Shown in pieces: positions 49,452 through 58,273 of a stretch of DNA of 64,000 nucleotides (position 1 is the first letter of the stretch; each line of letters starts with the position of its first letter). The translations under genes and the position numbers were made by a program. The notes under the pieces are model-generated. The model searched no databases, had not been told where the DNA came from, and saw only the letters and a list, made by a program, of their open reading frames with translations. Origin of the DNA: Bryobacterales bacterium (GTDB lineage Bacteria > Acidobacteriota > Terriglobia > Bryobacterales > UBA6623); the NCBI GenBank assembly GCA_965213745.1, contig CBDBZZ010000058.1:67638-131637 (forward strand). The letters run 5' to 3'.

Positions 49452-50429
49452 ATGGCCGCAGCAACAACCTACGTCGAAGCGATCCGCCAGGGCATCTGGG
49501 AGGAGATGGAGCGCGACCCGAGCGTCTTCGTCATGGGCGAAGACATCGCGGTCTACGGCGGCGCTTTCAAGATCACCCAGGGCATGCTGGCGCATTTCGG
49601 CGAGCGGCGCGTCGTGGACACCCCCCTGTCCGAGTCCGCCATCGTCGGGGCGGGCACCGGGGCGGCCATCAGCGGCCTCCGTCCGGTGCTGGAGATGCAG
49701 TTCGCCGACTTCATGGCCTGCGGCTTCGACCAAATCACCAACTTCGCCGCAAAGTGCCGCTACCGGTGGGGCCAGCCGATCCCGATGGTGATCCGCGCGC
49801 CGGCAGGGGGCAACATCCACGGCGGCCCCTTCCATTCGCAGAACGTCGAGATGCCGTACGTCCACACCCCGGGGCTCAAGGTCGTGCAGCCGGCCACAGC
49901 CGGCGACGCCAAGGGGCTCATCAAGGCTTCGATCCGCGACGACGACCCGGTGATCTTCCTCGAGCACAAGTATTTGTACCGCTCGGTCAAGGAAGAACTG
50001 CCGCAGGGGGACTACACCGTGCCCCTCAGCCAAGCCAAGGTCCAGCGCTTCGGAACGGATCTGTCGATCATCTCCTACGGCTGGATGGTCCATATCGCCC
50101 TGGAGGCCGCCCAGCGCTTGGCTTGTGAAGGGATCGACATCGAGGTGCTCGACCTCAGAACCCTGATGCCCCTCGACCGGAGGGCCATCCTGGCGACGGC
50201 CAAGAAGACCAGCAAGGTCATTCTCCTGCACGAGGACACGCTGACCGGCGGCCTCGGAGGGGAGCTCTCCGCCATCATCTCCGAGCACGCCTTCGAGCAC
50301 CTCGACGGCCCGCCCGTCCGCATCGCCGCCCCCGACACGCCCGTTCCCTTCAGCGAGACTCTGGAGCAGGCGTTCCTCCCGAGCACGGACGAGGTTGCGG
50401 AGGCGGCGCGCCGCCTCGCCCGGTACTAG
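49452..50429 (+). CDS. 2-oxoacid dehydrogenase E1 component, beta subunit
   Basis: ...VFVMGEDIAVYGGAFKITQGM...RVVDTPLSESAIVGAGTGAAISGLRPV.EMQFADF... and the transketolase C-terminal domain. Confidence 0.88.
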   Translation: MAAATTYVEAIRQGIWEEMERDPSVFVMGEDIAVYGGAFKITQGMLAHFGERRVVDTPLSESAIVGAGTGAAISGLRPVLEMQFADFMACGFDQITNFAAKCRYRWGQPIPMVIRAPAGGNIHGGPFHSQNVEMPYVHTPGLKVVQPATAGDAKGLIKASIRDDDPVIFLEHKYLYRSVKEELPQGDYTVPLSQAKVQRFGTDLSIISYGWMVHIALEAAQRLACEGIDIEVLDLRTLMPLDRRAILATAKKTSKVILLHEDTLTGGLGGELSAIISEHAFEHLDGPPVRIAAPDTPVPFSETLEQAFLPSTDEVAEAARRLARY

Positions 50430-50530
50430 CTTCCGGGACCAAGCTGGTGGAGGCGCTCCCGCACCACCTGCCGGTTCCTCGCGGGGCAGCCCCCGAGAGG
50501 TTCGGTACCATCGTCGTTGACAGCACTCCC

Positions 50531-52417
50531 ATGCCCACAGATCGCAGAACGTTCCTCAAGACATCCGGCGGAGCACTCGTCGCCGCCGCCCGGGCATGGC
50601 CCCTGCCCGGCCCCCGCCCCTGGCTGTTCGACGGCCCCGACCGCGAGTGGCGGCACTACGGAGGCACTGCCGGAGCCAGCCGCTACTCCCCCTGCGACCG
50701 GATCGACCGGTCGAATGTCGTCCGGCTGAAGCCGGTCTGGACGCACCGCACGGGCGACGCGCTGGAGCGGCCCCAAACGACCATCGAATGCACTCCGATC
50801 GTCGTGAACAGCGTGATGTACGTGACGACCGCCAGGGTCAAAGTGCAGGCGCTAGACGCCGCCACCGGGAAGCTGCTGTGGACCTTCGATCCCCTGGACA
50901 GCACCAGCGCCCGCCGCAGCGCGGGCGTCAACCGCGGAGTCTGCTACTGGGAGTCCGAGGACGGCTCGGAGAAGCGCATCTTCAGCACCGTCCAGAACTG
51001 GCTCTACAGCCTCTTCGCCGAGACCGGCGAGCCTGACTCCGCCTTCGGCGACGGCGGCAAGATCGATCTCAACCAAAACCTCGACAACGAAGTGCCCGGG
51101 GTCTCGGTGAAATGCACCAGCCCTGTAGTGGCCTACCACGACCTGATCGTCGTGGGCGGTGGGGGCGGCGAGGGACCCTACCCACAGGCCCCGGGCCACA
51201 TCCGCGCCTTCGACACCCTGACCGGCAAGCGGCGCTGGATCTTCCATACGACGCCCAGGCCCGGACAGTTCGGGTACGAGACCTGGCCGCCCAACGCCTA
51301 CAAGCATGTCGGGGGCACGAACAACTGGGCCGGCATGAGCCTGGATGTCGAACGCGGCCTGGTGTTCGCGGGCATCGGCTCCCCGGCATTCGACTTCTAC
51401 GGCGGAGACCGCATCGGCGCGAACCTCTTTGGCAACTGTATCCTCGCGCTCCATGCGGAGACAGGCGAGCGAGCCTGGCACTTCCAGATCGTGCATCACG
51501 ACGTGTGGGACTACGACCTGCCGGCGCAACCGGCGCTGATCCGGATGACGCAGGCGGGGCGGACCTTCGACGCCGTAGTCCAGCCGACCAAGCAAGGCTT
51601 CCTCTTTTTTTTCCACCGCGAGACGGGTGAGCCGGTCTGGCCGGTCGAGGAGCGACCGATCCCCATGTCTGCCGTCGGCGGCGAGCAGCTCTGGCCGACC
51701 CAGCCGTTCCCGACGAAGCCCGCCCCAGTGAGCCGCCAAGCCTTCCACGAGCGAGACATCACCGACATCTCGCCGGAAGCGCACGCGGCCGCACGGAAGA
51801 TCTGGGAGGCGACCGACGCCGGCGACCTGTACACGCCCCCGAGCACGCGCGGAACGCTGGTCCACCCCGGATTCCGCGGCGGATGCCTGTGGGGCGGCTG
51901 CTCGTACAATCCCACCAACAACCGCGTGTTCGCGAGTTCCGACGAAACGACGAACCGCATCGAACTCAAGCTGGCCCCGGAGGAGGCCTTCGACTACGCC
52001 CTGCCCGACCGCAGCGAGTTTCTCGACAAAGACGGCTATCCCGCCATCAAGCCTCCCTGGGGCTACGTCACAGCGGTCGATCTGGAAAGCGGCGACTTCG
52101 TCTGGCGCGTCGTCAACGGCGAATTCCCGGAGCTTACCGCCCAAGGCATCCCCAAGACCGGCTCGCCATCCCACGGCGGGACAATCGCCACGGCTGGCGG
52201 CTTGGTCTTCATGGCAGGCACGTTCGACAAGAAGTTCCGGGCCTTCGACCAGGACACGGGCGAGGTCCTGTGGGAAACGGAACTCGAGGCAGGCGGGTTC
52301 GCGACGCCCTGCACCTACGAAGCGGACGGAAAGCAGTATGTTGCGATCGCCGCTGGCGGCGGCAAGGGCGATTCGGTGTCCAGTGACGCCATGGTTGCGT
52401 TCGCAGTGGACGGCTGA
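50531..52417 (+). CDS. PQQ-dependent dehydrogenase (quinoprotein, beta-propeller) with a Tat-like signal
   Basis: MPTDRRTFLKTSGGAL... signal. It has repeated W-motif propeller blades (...TPIVVNSVMYVTT...KVQALDAATGKLLW..., ...HIRAFDTLTGKRRW..., ...ILALHAETGERAW..., ...FRAFDQDTGEVLW...) and HHDVWDYD. Confidence 0.8.
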   Translation: MPTDRRTFLKTSGGALVAAARAWPLPGPRPWLFDGPDREWRHYGGTAGASRYSPCDRIDRSNVVRLKPVWTHRTGDALERPQTTIECTPIVVNSVMYVTTARVKVQALDAATGKLLWTFDPLDSTSARRSAGVNRGVCYWESEDGSEKRIFSTVQNWLYSLFAETGEPDSAFGDGGKIDLNQNLDNEVPGVSVKCTSPVVAYHDLIVVGGGGGEGPYPQAPGHIRAFDTLTGKRRWIFHTTPRPGQFGYETWPPNAYKHVGGTNNWAGMSLDVERGLVFAGIGSPAFDFYGGDRIGANLFGNCILALHAETGERAWHFQIVHHDVWDYDLPAQPALIRMTQAGRTFDAVVQPTKQGFLFFFHRETGEPVWPVEERPIPMSAVGGEQLWPTQPFPTKPAPVSRQAFHERDITDISPEAHAAARKIWEATDAGDLYTPPSTRGTLVHPGFRGGCLWGGCSYNPTNNRVFASSDETTNRIELKLAPEEAFDYALPDRSEFLDKDGYPAIKPPWGYVTAVDLESGDFVWRVVNGEFPELTAQGIPKTGSPSHGGTIATAGGLVFMAGTFDKKFRAFDQDTGEVLWETELEAGGFATPCTYEADGKQYVAIAAGGGKGDSVSSDAMVAFAVDG

Positions 52418-52435
52418 GCCTCGTCCGGGGCAGCG

Positions 52436-53317
52436 CTAGCCCGAACTTCCGGTTGATTTGCGGGTGATTTTGTCCGCAAGTCATTGTTTTTCAATAAGCC
52501 AAAGACCATATGAGGTCGATAATCCATTCCCATGCTACATGGATTGCAGCATTCATTTTTATAATGTTATAAGACTATAGTAGTTGCCATGTACGTCGAG
52601 ACCGTTCCGAACCGCGATGCGCACCCCGCCAGCCTCCTCCGGGAGGGCTGACGCGAGGGAAAGCGCGTCCGTCAGCGGATACTCGCCACCTCATCCGCTG
52701 GCCTCCGCCAAGATCAAGACCAAGCACTGCGACCTGGAGATCACCGCAGACGGCTGCGCCCTCCGGCGCAATCGGGAGCGCAGCGCCCAGGAGGCCCAGT
52801 TCGACGGTCTCTCCGTCCCCCGCTCCAGCCTGCCCGCCAGCGAGTTCGGCACCGCGGACACGGTGAGCGCCTGCCGCAGTTTCCAGACCGTCGCTCTCCA
52901 GGCCCGGCCCATCCCCCGCTACCGCCCCGAGCATGTGCGAGCCCATGTCTGCTTGCGCATACTCGCCCACCATGGCGCATGCGCCGCCAGCTGGCACCCC
53001 TGGTGTTCGACGCCGACCCGCAAGCCGCTCCAGCCGAGCGCGCCTCGGCGGCGCGGCGCACCCCGCAGGGAGCGCTGCTGCACAGCTTCCACACGCTCCT
53101 CGCCGACTGGGCGACCAGCGCCCAGCACTGGGGACAGCCCCAGCTGGCCCCAGTTCAGCCCTGTGACCCGTTCACCCGCCCCACGCCGTTGCAAAAACAA
53201 GCCCTCGACCTGCCCGGCCTGCGCCTGGAGCGTACCCAGTCCCGCATCTCCGCAAACAGACGATAGTTCAAATAAACCAGTGACTTCCGTCAATATCTGC
53301 TTCGGAAGTTCAGCCTA
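52436..53317 (+). mobile_element. Internally deleted IS1634-like element with both termini
   Basis: Terminal inverted repeats are CTAGCCCGAACTTCCGG (52436-52452) and the reverse complement of TCGGAAGTTCAGCCTAG (53301-53317), matching at 14 of 17 positions. The inner pseudo-ORF (52589-53266) starts MYVETVPNRDAHPASLLREG*. It retains ...TVSA.RSFQTVALQARPIPRYRPEHVRAHVCLRILAHH... and ...CDPFTRPTPLQKQALDL, which recall the IS1634-family N-terminal, middle and C-terminal blocks. It is far too short for an intact transposase. Confidence 0.6.
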
Positions 53318-53380
53318 GGGGCACATCCTAGGCCGCGGGCCGGAAAGCCGTCTTCGCTGGGAGCCGGAACTGCTGGCGGC

Positions 53381-54562
53381 CTACCAGTCGATGTCGTGCG
53401 GGTCCCAGATGGTCGCCCCGATGTAGCGCTCCGGGCCGGAAGCCTCGTCGGTGAAATAGTACACGGCCACCACCTGGCCGTCGGGCCTCTGCACCGCCCG
53501 GACATAGCCGATGTCCCAGCTCGCTCCGTCGTCCCGCAGCGCGATCGGGTCGCTCCAGGTGCGTCCGCCGTCCCGGCTCACGGTGGCGCGGATGCTGTAG
53601 GGTTCGCCGCGGTACCCGTACAGCAGGCAGACCCGGCCGTCCTCCAGAAGGAGCAGCGCCGGCGGGTTGCCGCGGCCGGCGTCCGGCACGGGCTCCCCCG
53701 CGAGGGCCCAGGTCCGGCCGTTGTCCTGCGACCGGTAGGCCTCGATCCACCGCCGCGCGCGGTCCCGGCGCCGGGCGGCGACGAGCAGGTCGGTGGCCGA
53801 AAGCCGCACGGAGGCCGGCATGATCGCAAAGCCCGCCTCCGGCTCCGGGCCGATGCGCGCCACCAGCTCCCAGGTCTTCCCGGCGTCGGTCGTGCGCACG
53901 CACAGCAGCCGCCCCTCTCGGCCGTCCGCCTTGGCCGCCGTCAGGAAGAGCAGGCACTCGTCCCGGCCGGCGACGAGGTAGTCCGTGCGCGGCGCGATCC
54001 CGGGAGCGCCGAAGTTGGGCAGCCGGAAAGGGCCCTCCCAGGTCCGCCCCCGGTCGTAGGAGTGGAAGGTGCGACCGCGGCCGGCGTGGATGCTGTTCGT
54101 CCGGACCGTCAAGGCGAAGTCGGGGTGGGTGAAGTCGATGCCCCCCCGGGGTTCCCGCAGCTCCGGGAGCGTCACCCCCGGCCGGGTCACGCCGTGCAGG
54201 TACCCGCCCTCCCCGAGCAGGTAGCCCCGGGCCCCGGGGTCCTCGATGGTCCAGGTGGCGCCGCCGTCGAGGCTGCGGGCGAGCAGGGGGACCTCCGGCT
54301 GGTCGCGGTCGATGTGGTGGCTGGCGCCCAAGTCCTTGTAGTGCCCCTGGCCGAAGCCGACCAGGATCTCGTCGCCCCAGCTCCAGATGCCGTGGTTGGC
54401 CGGCCAGCCGCCGAACATGCCCGGCTCGAAGTAGACTTTGACGTGCCGCGCGCTCGGAGCCAGCGGCACGCCCGCCGCAGCCTCCGGGGCGGGCGCCTCC
54501 GGGCCGCTGCACGCCAGGACGGCGGCTGCTGCAGCGGCCGCCAAAGCGGGTCTCCGAGCCAT
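53381..54562 (-). CDS. BNR/Asp-box repeat (sialidase-like, six-bladed propeller) lipoprotein
   Basis: Start MARRPALAAAAAAAVLACSG (lipobox-like). There are five Asp-boxes: SLDGGATW, SYDRGRTW, TTDAGKTW, SQDNGRTW and SRDGGRTW. Only the last 393 codons of the 895-aa ORF 53381..56068 look genuine. Confidence 0.8.
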   Translation of the reverse strand: MARRPALAAAAAAAVLACSGPEAPAPEAAAGVPLAPSARHVKVYFEPGMFGGWPANHGIWSWGDEILVGFGQGHYKDLGASHHIDRDQPEVPLLARSLDGGATWTIEDPGARGYLLGEGGYLHGVTRPGVTLPELREPRGGIDFTHPDFALTVRTNSIHAGRGRTFHSYDRGRTWEGPFRLPNFGAPGIAPRTDYLVAGRDECLLFLTAAKADGREGRLLCVRTTDAGKTWELVARIGPEPEAGFAIMPASVRLSATDLLVAARRRDRARRWIEAYRSQDNGRTWALAGEPVPDAGRGNPPALLLLEDGRVCLLYGYRGEPYSIRATVSRDGGRTWSDPIALRDDGASWDIGYVRAVQRPDGQVVAVYYFTDEASGPERYIGATIWDPHDIDW

Positions 54563-54933
54563 GGAAGCCTCCTGTCTCGCTCCTGCAGCGCCCGGAGGGC
54601 CGGGGCGCGAGCGTCGGGCTCCTCGCCGCCGCCCGCCTCCTCCAAGCCTCCGGTATTGTAGCGCCCGGCGGGGACCGGCGCGGAGACGCCGCCGGCTCGA
54701 CCGTGACGCTCGCCGGCCTGCTCGATCCGGCGGACCGCCTCCGGATGCCGCAGCGCGAGGCCCCCCGCTCGGCGAGGTCCGTAGACCGGTCGAAGAGGAG
54801 CAGGGGGGCCTGCGCCCGATGGTTCGCCTAGCCCCGCCACCCGCTCTCCGTCTCCGCGCCGAGCGATTCCCGCGACTCGAGGCCGAGCTTGCAATTCCCG
54901 GCCCGCTCCGCACGGCCGGGCGCAGCTGCGGCG

Positions 54934-56010
54934 CTAAGCGGCCCCGACGCGGGCCAGGAACGCCTCGGCGGACGGGCTGGTCAGCAGCCACTTGCCGACC
55001 TCCTCGACCGAACCCCGGACCGCCCCGGCGGCCAGAGCCGCGCCCACCGACCGCTGCACCGCCTCGCCGAAGCGCTCCCGCACCAAGTACAGCAGGTACC
55101 TCTCGCGGCCCTGCTCGAGGCCCTGCTCGCGGCCCTGCTCGATGCCTCGCTCGATGCCCTGCTCGATGCCTCGCTCGATGCCCTGCTCGATGCCCTCCGC
55201 CTTGGTGCGCTCGTACCAGTCGGTCATGCTCTGCTCCGCCTCCTCCAAGAACCGCTCCGCCTCGATTATAACCGGCACCCGCGCCCCCGGCGTGCGCGGC
55301 AGCACCAGCTCCCGCACCCAGACGCTCACCACCACCCCGATGCCCGGGCAGTCCGCCTCCCGCAGCCACCCGCGCAGCGCCCGCAGCTCCCCCCGGACCT
55401 CCCGCGTGTCCCGGCAGCCCTGCAGCCGGCACAGCGCCCCGTACAGGCTCCGCTCCGGCAGGCCCTCCGCGCCCCGCAGCCGGCGCGTCTCCAGCAGGCT
55501 CACCGGCCACGACGGCTGCGCCCCGCCCCCCGCGCCCGCCACCAAGTCCGCCAGGTCCAGCCGCGAGCGCCACGGCCGCTCGCCGTGGTAGACCACCACC
55601 CCCTGCACCGGGGGCAGCGCCGGCCCCGGCGCCCCGGTGTCGACCAGCCCCCCGAGCAGCTGCCCGGCGTAGTTGTACATGCGCAGCGGCATGGTCCAGT
55701 CGTCGCGCGCCTGGAACTCCACCAGGACATGCACATCCGGCGCGCCGGGGGCGCGCTGCCCGATGCGCCAGACCAGGTCGCTGACGCTGCGCCGCAGCGT
55801 CCGGCTGAGATGCTCGGTGCTGACCAGCTCCATGCGCTCCCAGTCGAGCCCGGCCACCCACGGCGCGTCCAGGCCGTCCTCCAGCAGGCTGCGGGCGACC
55901 GCCCGGTGCCGCGCCGCGAACTTGTGCGCGGCGTCGTACGGCAGCCGCCGCCCCTCCTCCGGCTGCTCCTCCGCGAGCAGCTCCCCGAGTTCGACTCCGA
56001 GTTCCAGCAT
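54934..56010 (-). CDS. Rpn family recombination-promoting nuclease / putative transposase (YhgA-like PD-(D/E)XK)
   Basis: ...PYDAAHKFAARH..., DLVWRI...VHVLVEFQARDD.TMPLRMYNY..., VVYHGERPW and the characteristic C-terminal EGIEQGIERGIEQGIERGIEQGREQGLEQG repeat, followed by a DUF4351-like tail. Confidence 0.8.
   Translation of the reverse strand: MLELGVELGELLAEEQPEEGRRLPYDAAHKFAARHRAVARSLLEDGLDAPWVAGLDWERMELVSTEHLSRTLRRSVSDLVWRIGQRAPGAPDVHVLVEFQARDDWTMPLRMYNYAGQLLGGLVDTGAPGPALPPVQGVVVYHGERPWRSRLDLADLVAGAGGGAQPSWPVSLLETRRLRGAEGLPERSLYGALCRLQGCRDTREVRGELRALRGWLREADCPGIGVVVSVWVRELVLPRTPGARVPVIIEAERFLEEAEQSMTDWYERTKAEGIEQGIERGIEQGIERGIEQGREQGLEQGRERYLLYLVRERFGEAVQRSVGAALAAGAVRGSVEEVGKWLLTSPSAEAFLARVGAA
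55102..55197. repeat. Eight tandem 12-nt units inside the rpn-like gene
   Basis: CTCGCGGCCCTG / CTCGAGGCCCTG / CTCGCGGCCCTG / CTCGATGCCTCG / CTCGATGCCCTG / CTCGATGCCTCG / CTCGATGCCCTG / CTCGATGCCCTC. On the coding strand they encode the (E/R)(Q/R)G(I/L/R) tetrapeptide repeats. Confidence 0.9.
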
Positions 56011-56157
56011 CGTTCCAATTATCGTCTTCAGTTCCTATTTTGTCAAAGGAGAAATCTTGATTCTGCATGAACGAGATTTATTGCTTGAAAGATCCCGGTC
56101 CGGGAACGGTCTGGAAACTGACGGGGCTGGCTGCGGGGGTGGGCCGGACGCCCCAGC

Positions 56158-56400
56158 CTAGGCCGAACTCCCGGGACGGACATGGACGTAAGGCCTGGGT
56201 TGGTGTGAGCCAGCGTTCGTGTGCGGAGACGCGGTGCTGGGCACGCAGGTCGAGGGCTTGCTGCTGCAGCGGCGTGGGGCGGGTGAGCAGATCGCAGGGC
56301 TGGGCCATCTTGCAACGCATGACGCGCTGTGTCGATTTCCGGAATCTATTGAAAATAAGGCCTTCGGGAAAATCACCCGCAAGCCAGCCGGAAGTCTTCT
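56158..56400 (-). mobile_element. Miniature (about 240 bp) derivative of the IS1634-like element
   Basis: The left end CTAGGCCGAACTCCCGG (56158-56174) matches the TIR. 56220-56310 aligns with the reverse complement of 53150-53260 (it encodes ...CDLLTRPTPLQQQALDL on the minus strand). 56336-56398 is R1 in reverse orientation and ends in CCGGAAGTC. The right-hand boundary is approximate. Confidence 0.6.
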
Positions 56401-56949
56401 TGAAGAAAGTGGAACGGTCCGGGCTCCTGGACGGGTTCTGCGCGAGTGCGGAACAGTCTCGGAGCCCGTTGGAAAAGTCCCGCCTCGGGGCCGCCTTGCA
56501 CCTGGAGAGCAATTTGGGCGAGATTGCTTGCGGGGCGCTGGGAGCCCGCAAGCGGACCCAGAAAAACGTCTTGCTCGCGGGGACGATCTCCCCCCGGGGC
56601 CCGGCCATGGCGTGCTGGGAGAAGCTCAACGAGATGCTCGCCTAGGCCGGCTTCGACGACTGCGCGGAGGGGCTTTGCTGGCCGTTCCACGCCGCCCTTC
56701 TCTGCCACCCGGCGGTTCGCAAACTCCTCGGCGGCGGCCTGCCCGCAGCCGTCCCGGACCATGCCCTTCTCCCGCACCCGTCGGCGCAGCGCCCTGGAGA
56801 CGCGCAAGGCGGTCTTCCGCGGGGTGCCGGGCGAGTTGGACGCCGCCGGGCTGGCTCGCGGCCGGACGGTCGAGATGGCTGGCGGCATCGCTTACGGCCG
56901 CCAAGGCCCTAGCAATGCTGGTAGGCTGGGTTGCACGCTGCGATTCCGC

Positions 56950-58068
56950 ATGCGCTGCCGACTCATACCGCTGGCCTTGTTCCTAGCTGCCGCCACCGGG
57001 CTGGGGGCGGTTAGGCAGGATTCCCGGGCGGGGAAGCTGAATTGCAACGCCAAGCACTTCGGCCCCGCCTTGGACTTCGAGTTTCGCTTCCTGGCCGGCT
57101 CTTGGTTCTACTTGCCCATCAAGCAATTCTGGGGGAAGCAGTTTGTCTTGGACTTCGAAGTCCTCGTCCAGCCCGTCGACGGTACACCTGGACGACCGGT
57201 GAGGCTCTCAGACCACTTCGAGTCGCCGCAGGCGGTGCAGCAGGGCACCAAAGGCCAGATCTACTTCCCCGGTGCGTATTCTCTGGGAATAGGTCGATAC
57301 CGCGCCGATTGGCAGATCCGCGACGACCAGGGCCGCAGCTGCCGAGGGAGTCGGACTTTCCGGGCCACCCTGGCCCGCCGAGAGCGCGCCGTGGAGGTGA
57401 CGCTGGCTCCAGGGGTGGTCGAGGATACGGCGATGTACCTGTTCCGCGCTGAGGACCGTATCGAACGGCCACACATCGAGACGCCTCGTCGCCTGAAGGT
57501 CTTCGTCAGTCTCGATGTCCTGGGCCGGAGGGGGCGCATCAGGCCGAGGCCGATCCATGTCCTGCCGCACTTTTCTGCCTTGCGCCAGCTGGGCCGAATT
57601 CTCCACTTCAACGAGTTCTCCGTCGTTTGCTTCAGCTTTGAGGACCAAGCCGTGGTGCTGCGCCAGGACTACCGTAAGGTGGTCGATTTTCGGCCGCTGG
57701 CCGACGTGATTCAGAAACTCGATCCGGAGACGGTCGATGTGCGGCACCTGATGCGCGGCAGCGAATTGGAGTTCTTCGAGCAAATGCTCTCGGAGGAATT
57801 GTTCGGTAGCGCTGCGCCAGACGCGGTGGTATTCGTGGGCCACGATATGATGTTCGGCAAGAAACTGCGGGGGGATGTCGTCCGGCGCTTTCGAGCTCTG
57901 GGTGCGGAGTTCGCCTTCCTGGACGCCTCGCGGTTCGCTTGGGTCGGTGTCATGGGCGGGCTAGTCCGTGCGCTGAAAGGCAAGGAATACACGCTCCGCC
58001 GGCCTGCGGACCTAGCCAAAGCGATGCAGGGCCTGGAGCGCCAAGTTGGTCCAGGGCGGCCCCAGTAG
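56950..58068 (+). CDS. Secreted hypothetical protein
   Basis: ATG at 56950 inside ORF 56446..58068. It has a signal peptide (MRCRLIPLALFLAAATGLGAV) and a coding-like, balanced composition. I recognise no motif. Confidence 0.55.
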   Translation: MRCRLIPLALFLAAATGLGAVRQDSRAGKLNCNAKHFGPALDFEFRFLAGSWFYLPIKQFWGKQFVLDFEVLVQPVDGTPGRPVRLSDHFESPQAVQQGTKGQIYFPGAYSLGIGRYRADWQIRDDQGRSCRGSRTFRATLARRERAVEVTLAPGVVEDTAMYLFRAEDRIERPHIETPRRLKVFVSLDVLGRRGRIRPRPIHVLPHFSALRQLGRILHFNEFSVVCFSFEDQAVVLRQDYRKVVDFRPLADVIQKLDPETVDVRHLMRGSELEFFEQMLSEELFGSAAPDAVVFVGHDMMFGKKLRGDVVRRFRALGAEFAFLDASRFAWVGVMGGLVRALKGKEYTLRRPADLAKAMQGLERQVGPGRPQ

Positions 58069-58273
58069 CCCGAGCCCCGTCGCAGCCTTCGTCGGAGACG
58101 CCCCAGCGCTAGTATCGGGACATGCAGCGAGCGATTCCCCTGTGTTCGAGTCTTCGCCTCCGTGTCGCAGGCGACAGATGGAGTCAGCTGAACATGGAGC
58201 CTCGCACAGGGCCTGACGCACTCTCTCGTCCGTGTGCGCCGGCTTGCTTGGATAGTCCCGGAGGCCGTCTCGC

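Noticed and set aside
52455-52500. Stem-loop TTGCGG(G)-N-CCGCAA followed by a T-run just downstream of the PQQ dehydrogenase stop, considered as its rho-independent terminator
   Set aside because: The hairpin plus T-run is part of repeat module R1, the left end of the IS1634-like element, and recurs at 23155-23200 and 56340-56385. It may terminate read-through incidentally, but it is IS sequence rather than a dedicated terminator of this gene.
53381-56068. 895-aa ORF on the minus strand, with the large overlapping ORFs 53396..54661 (+), 54889..56070 (+) and 54438..55271 (+)
   Set aside because: Only the last 393 codons (the BNR protein, starting at the Met at 54562) have a protein-like composition and motifs. 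The rest is Arg/Gly/Ala/Pro-rich shadow sequence out of frame with, or antisense to, the genuine Rpn gene. This is typical of open frames in very GC-rich DNA.
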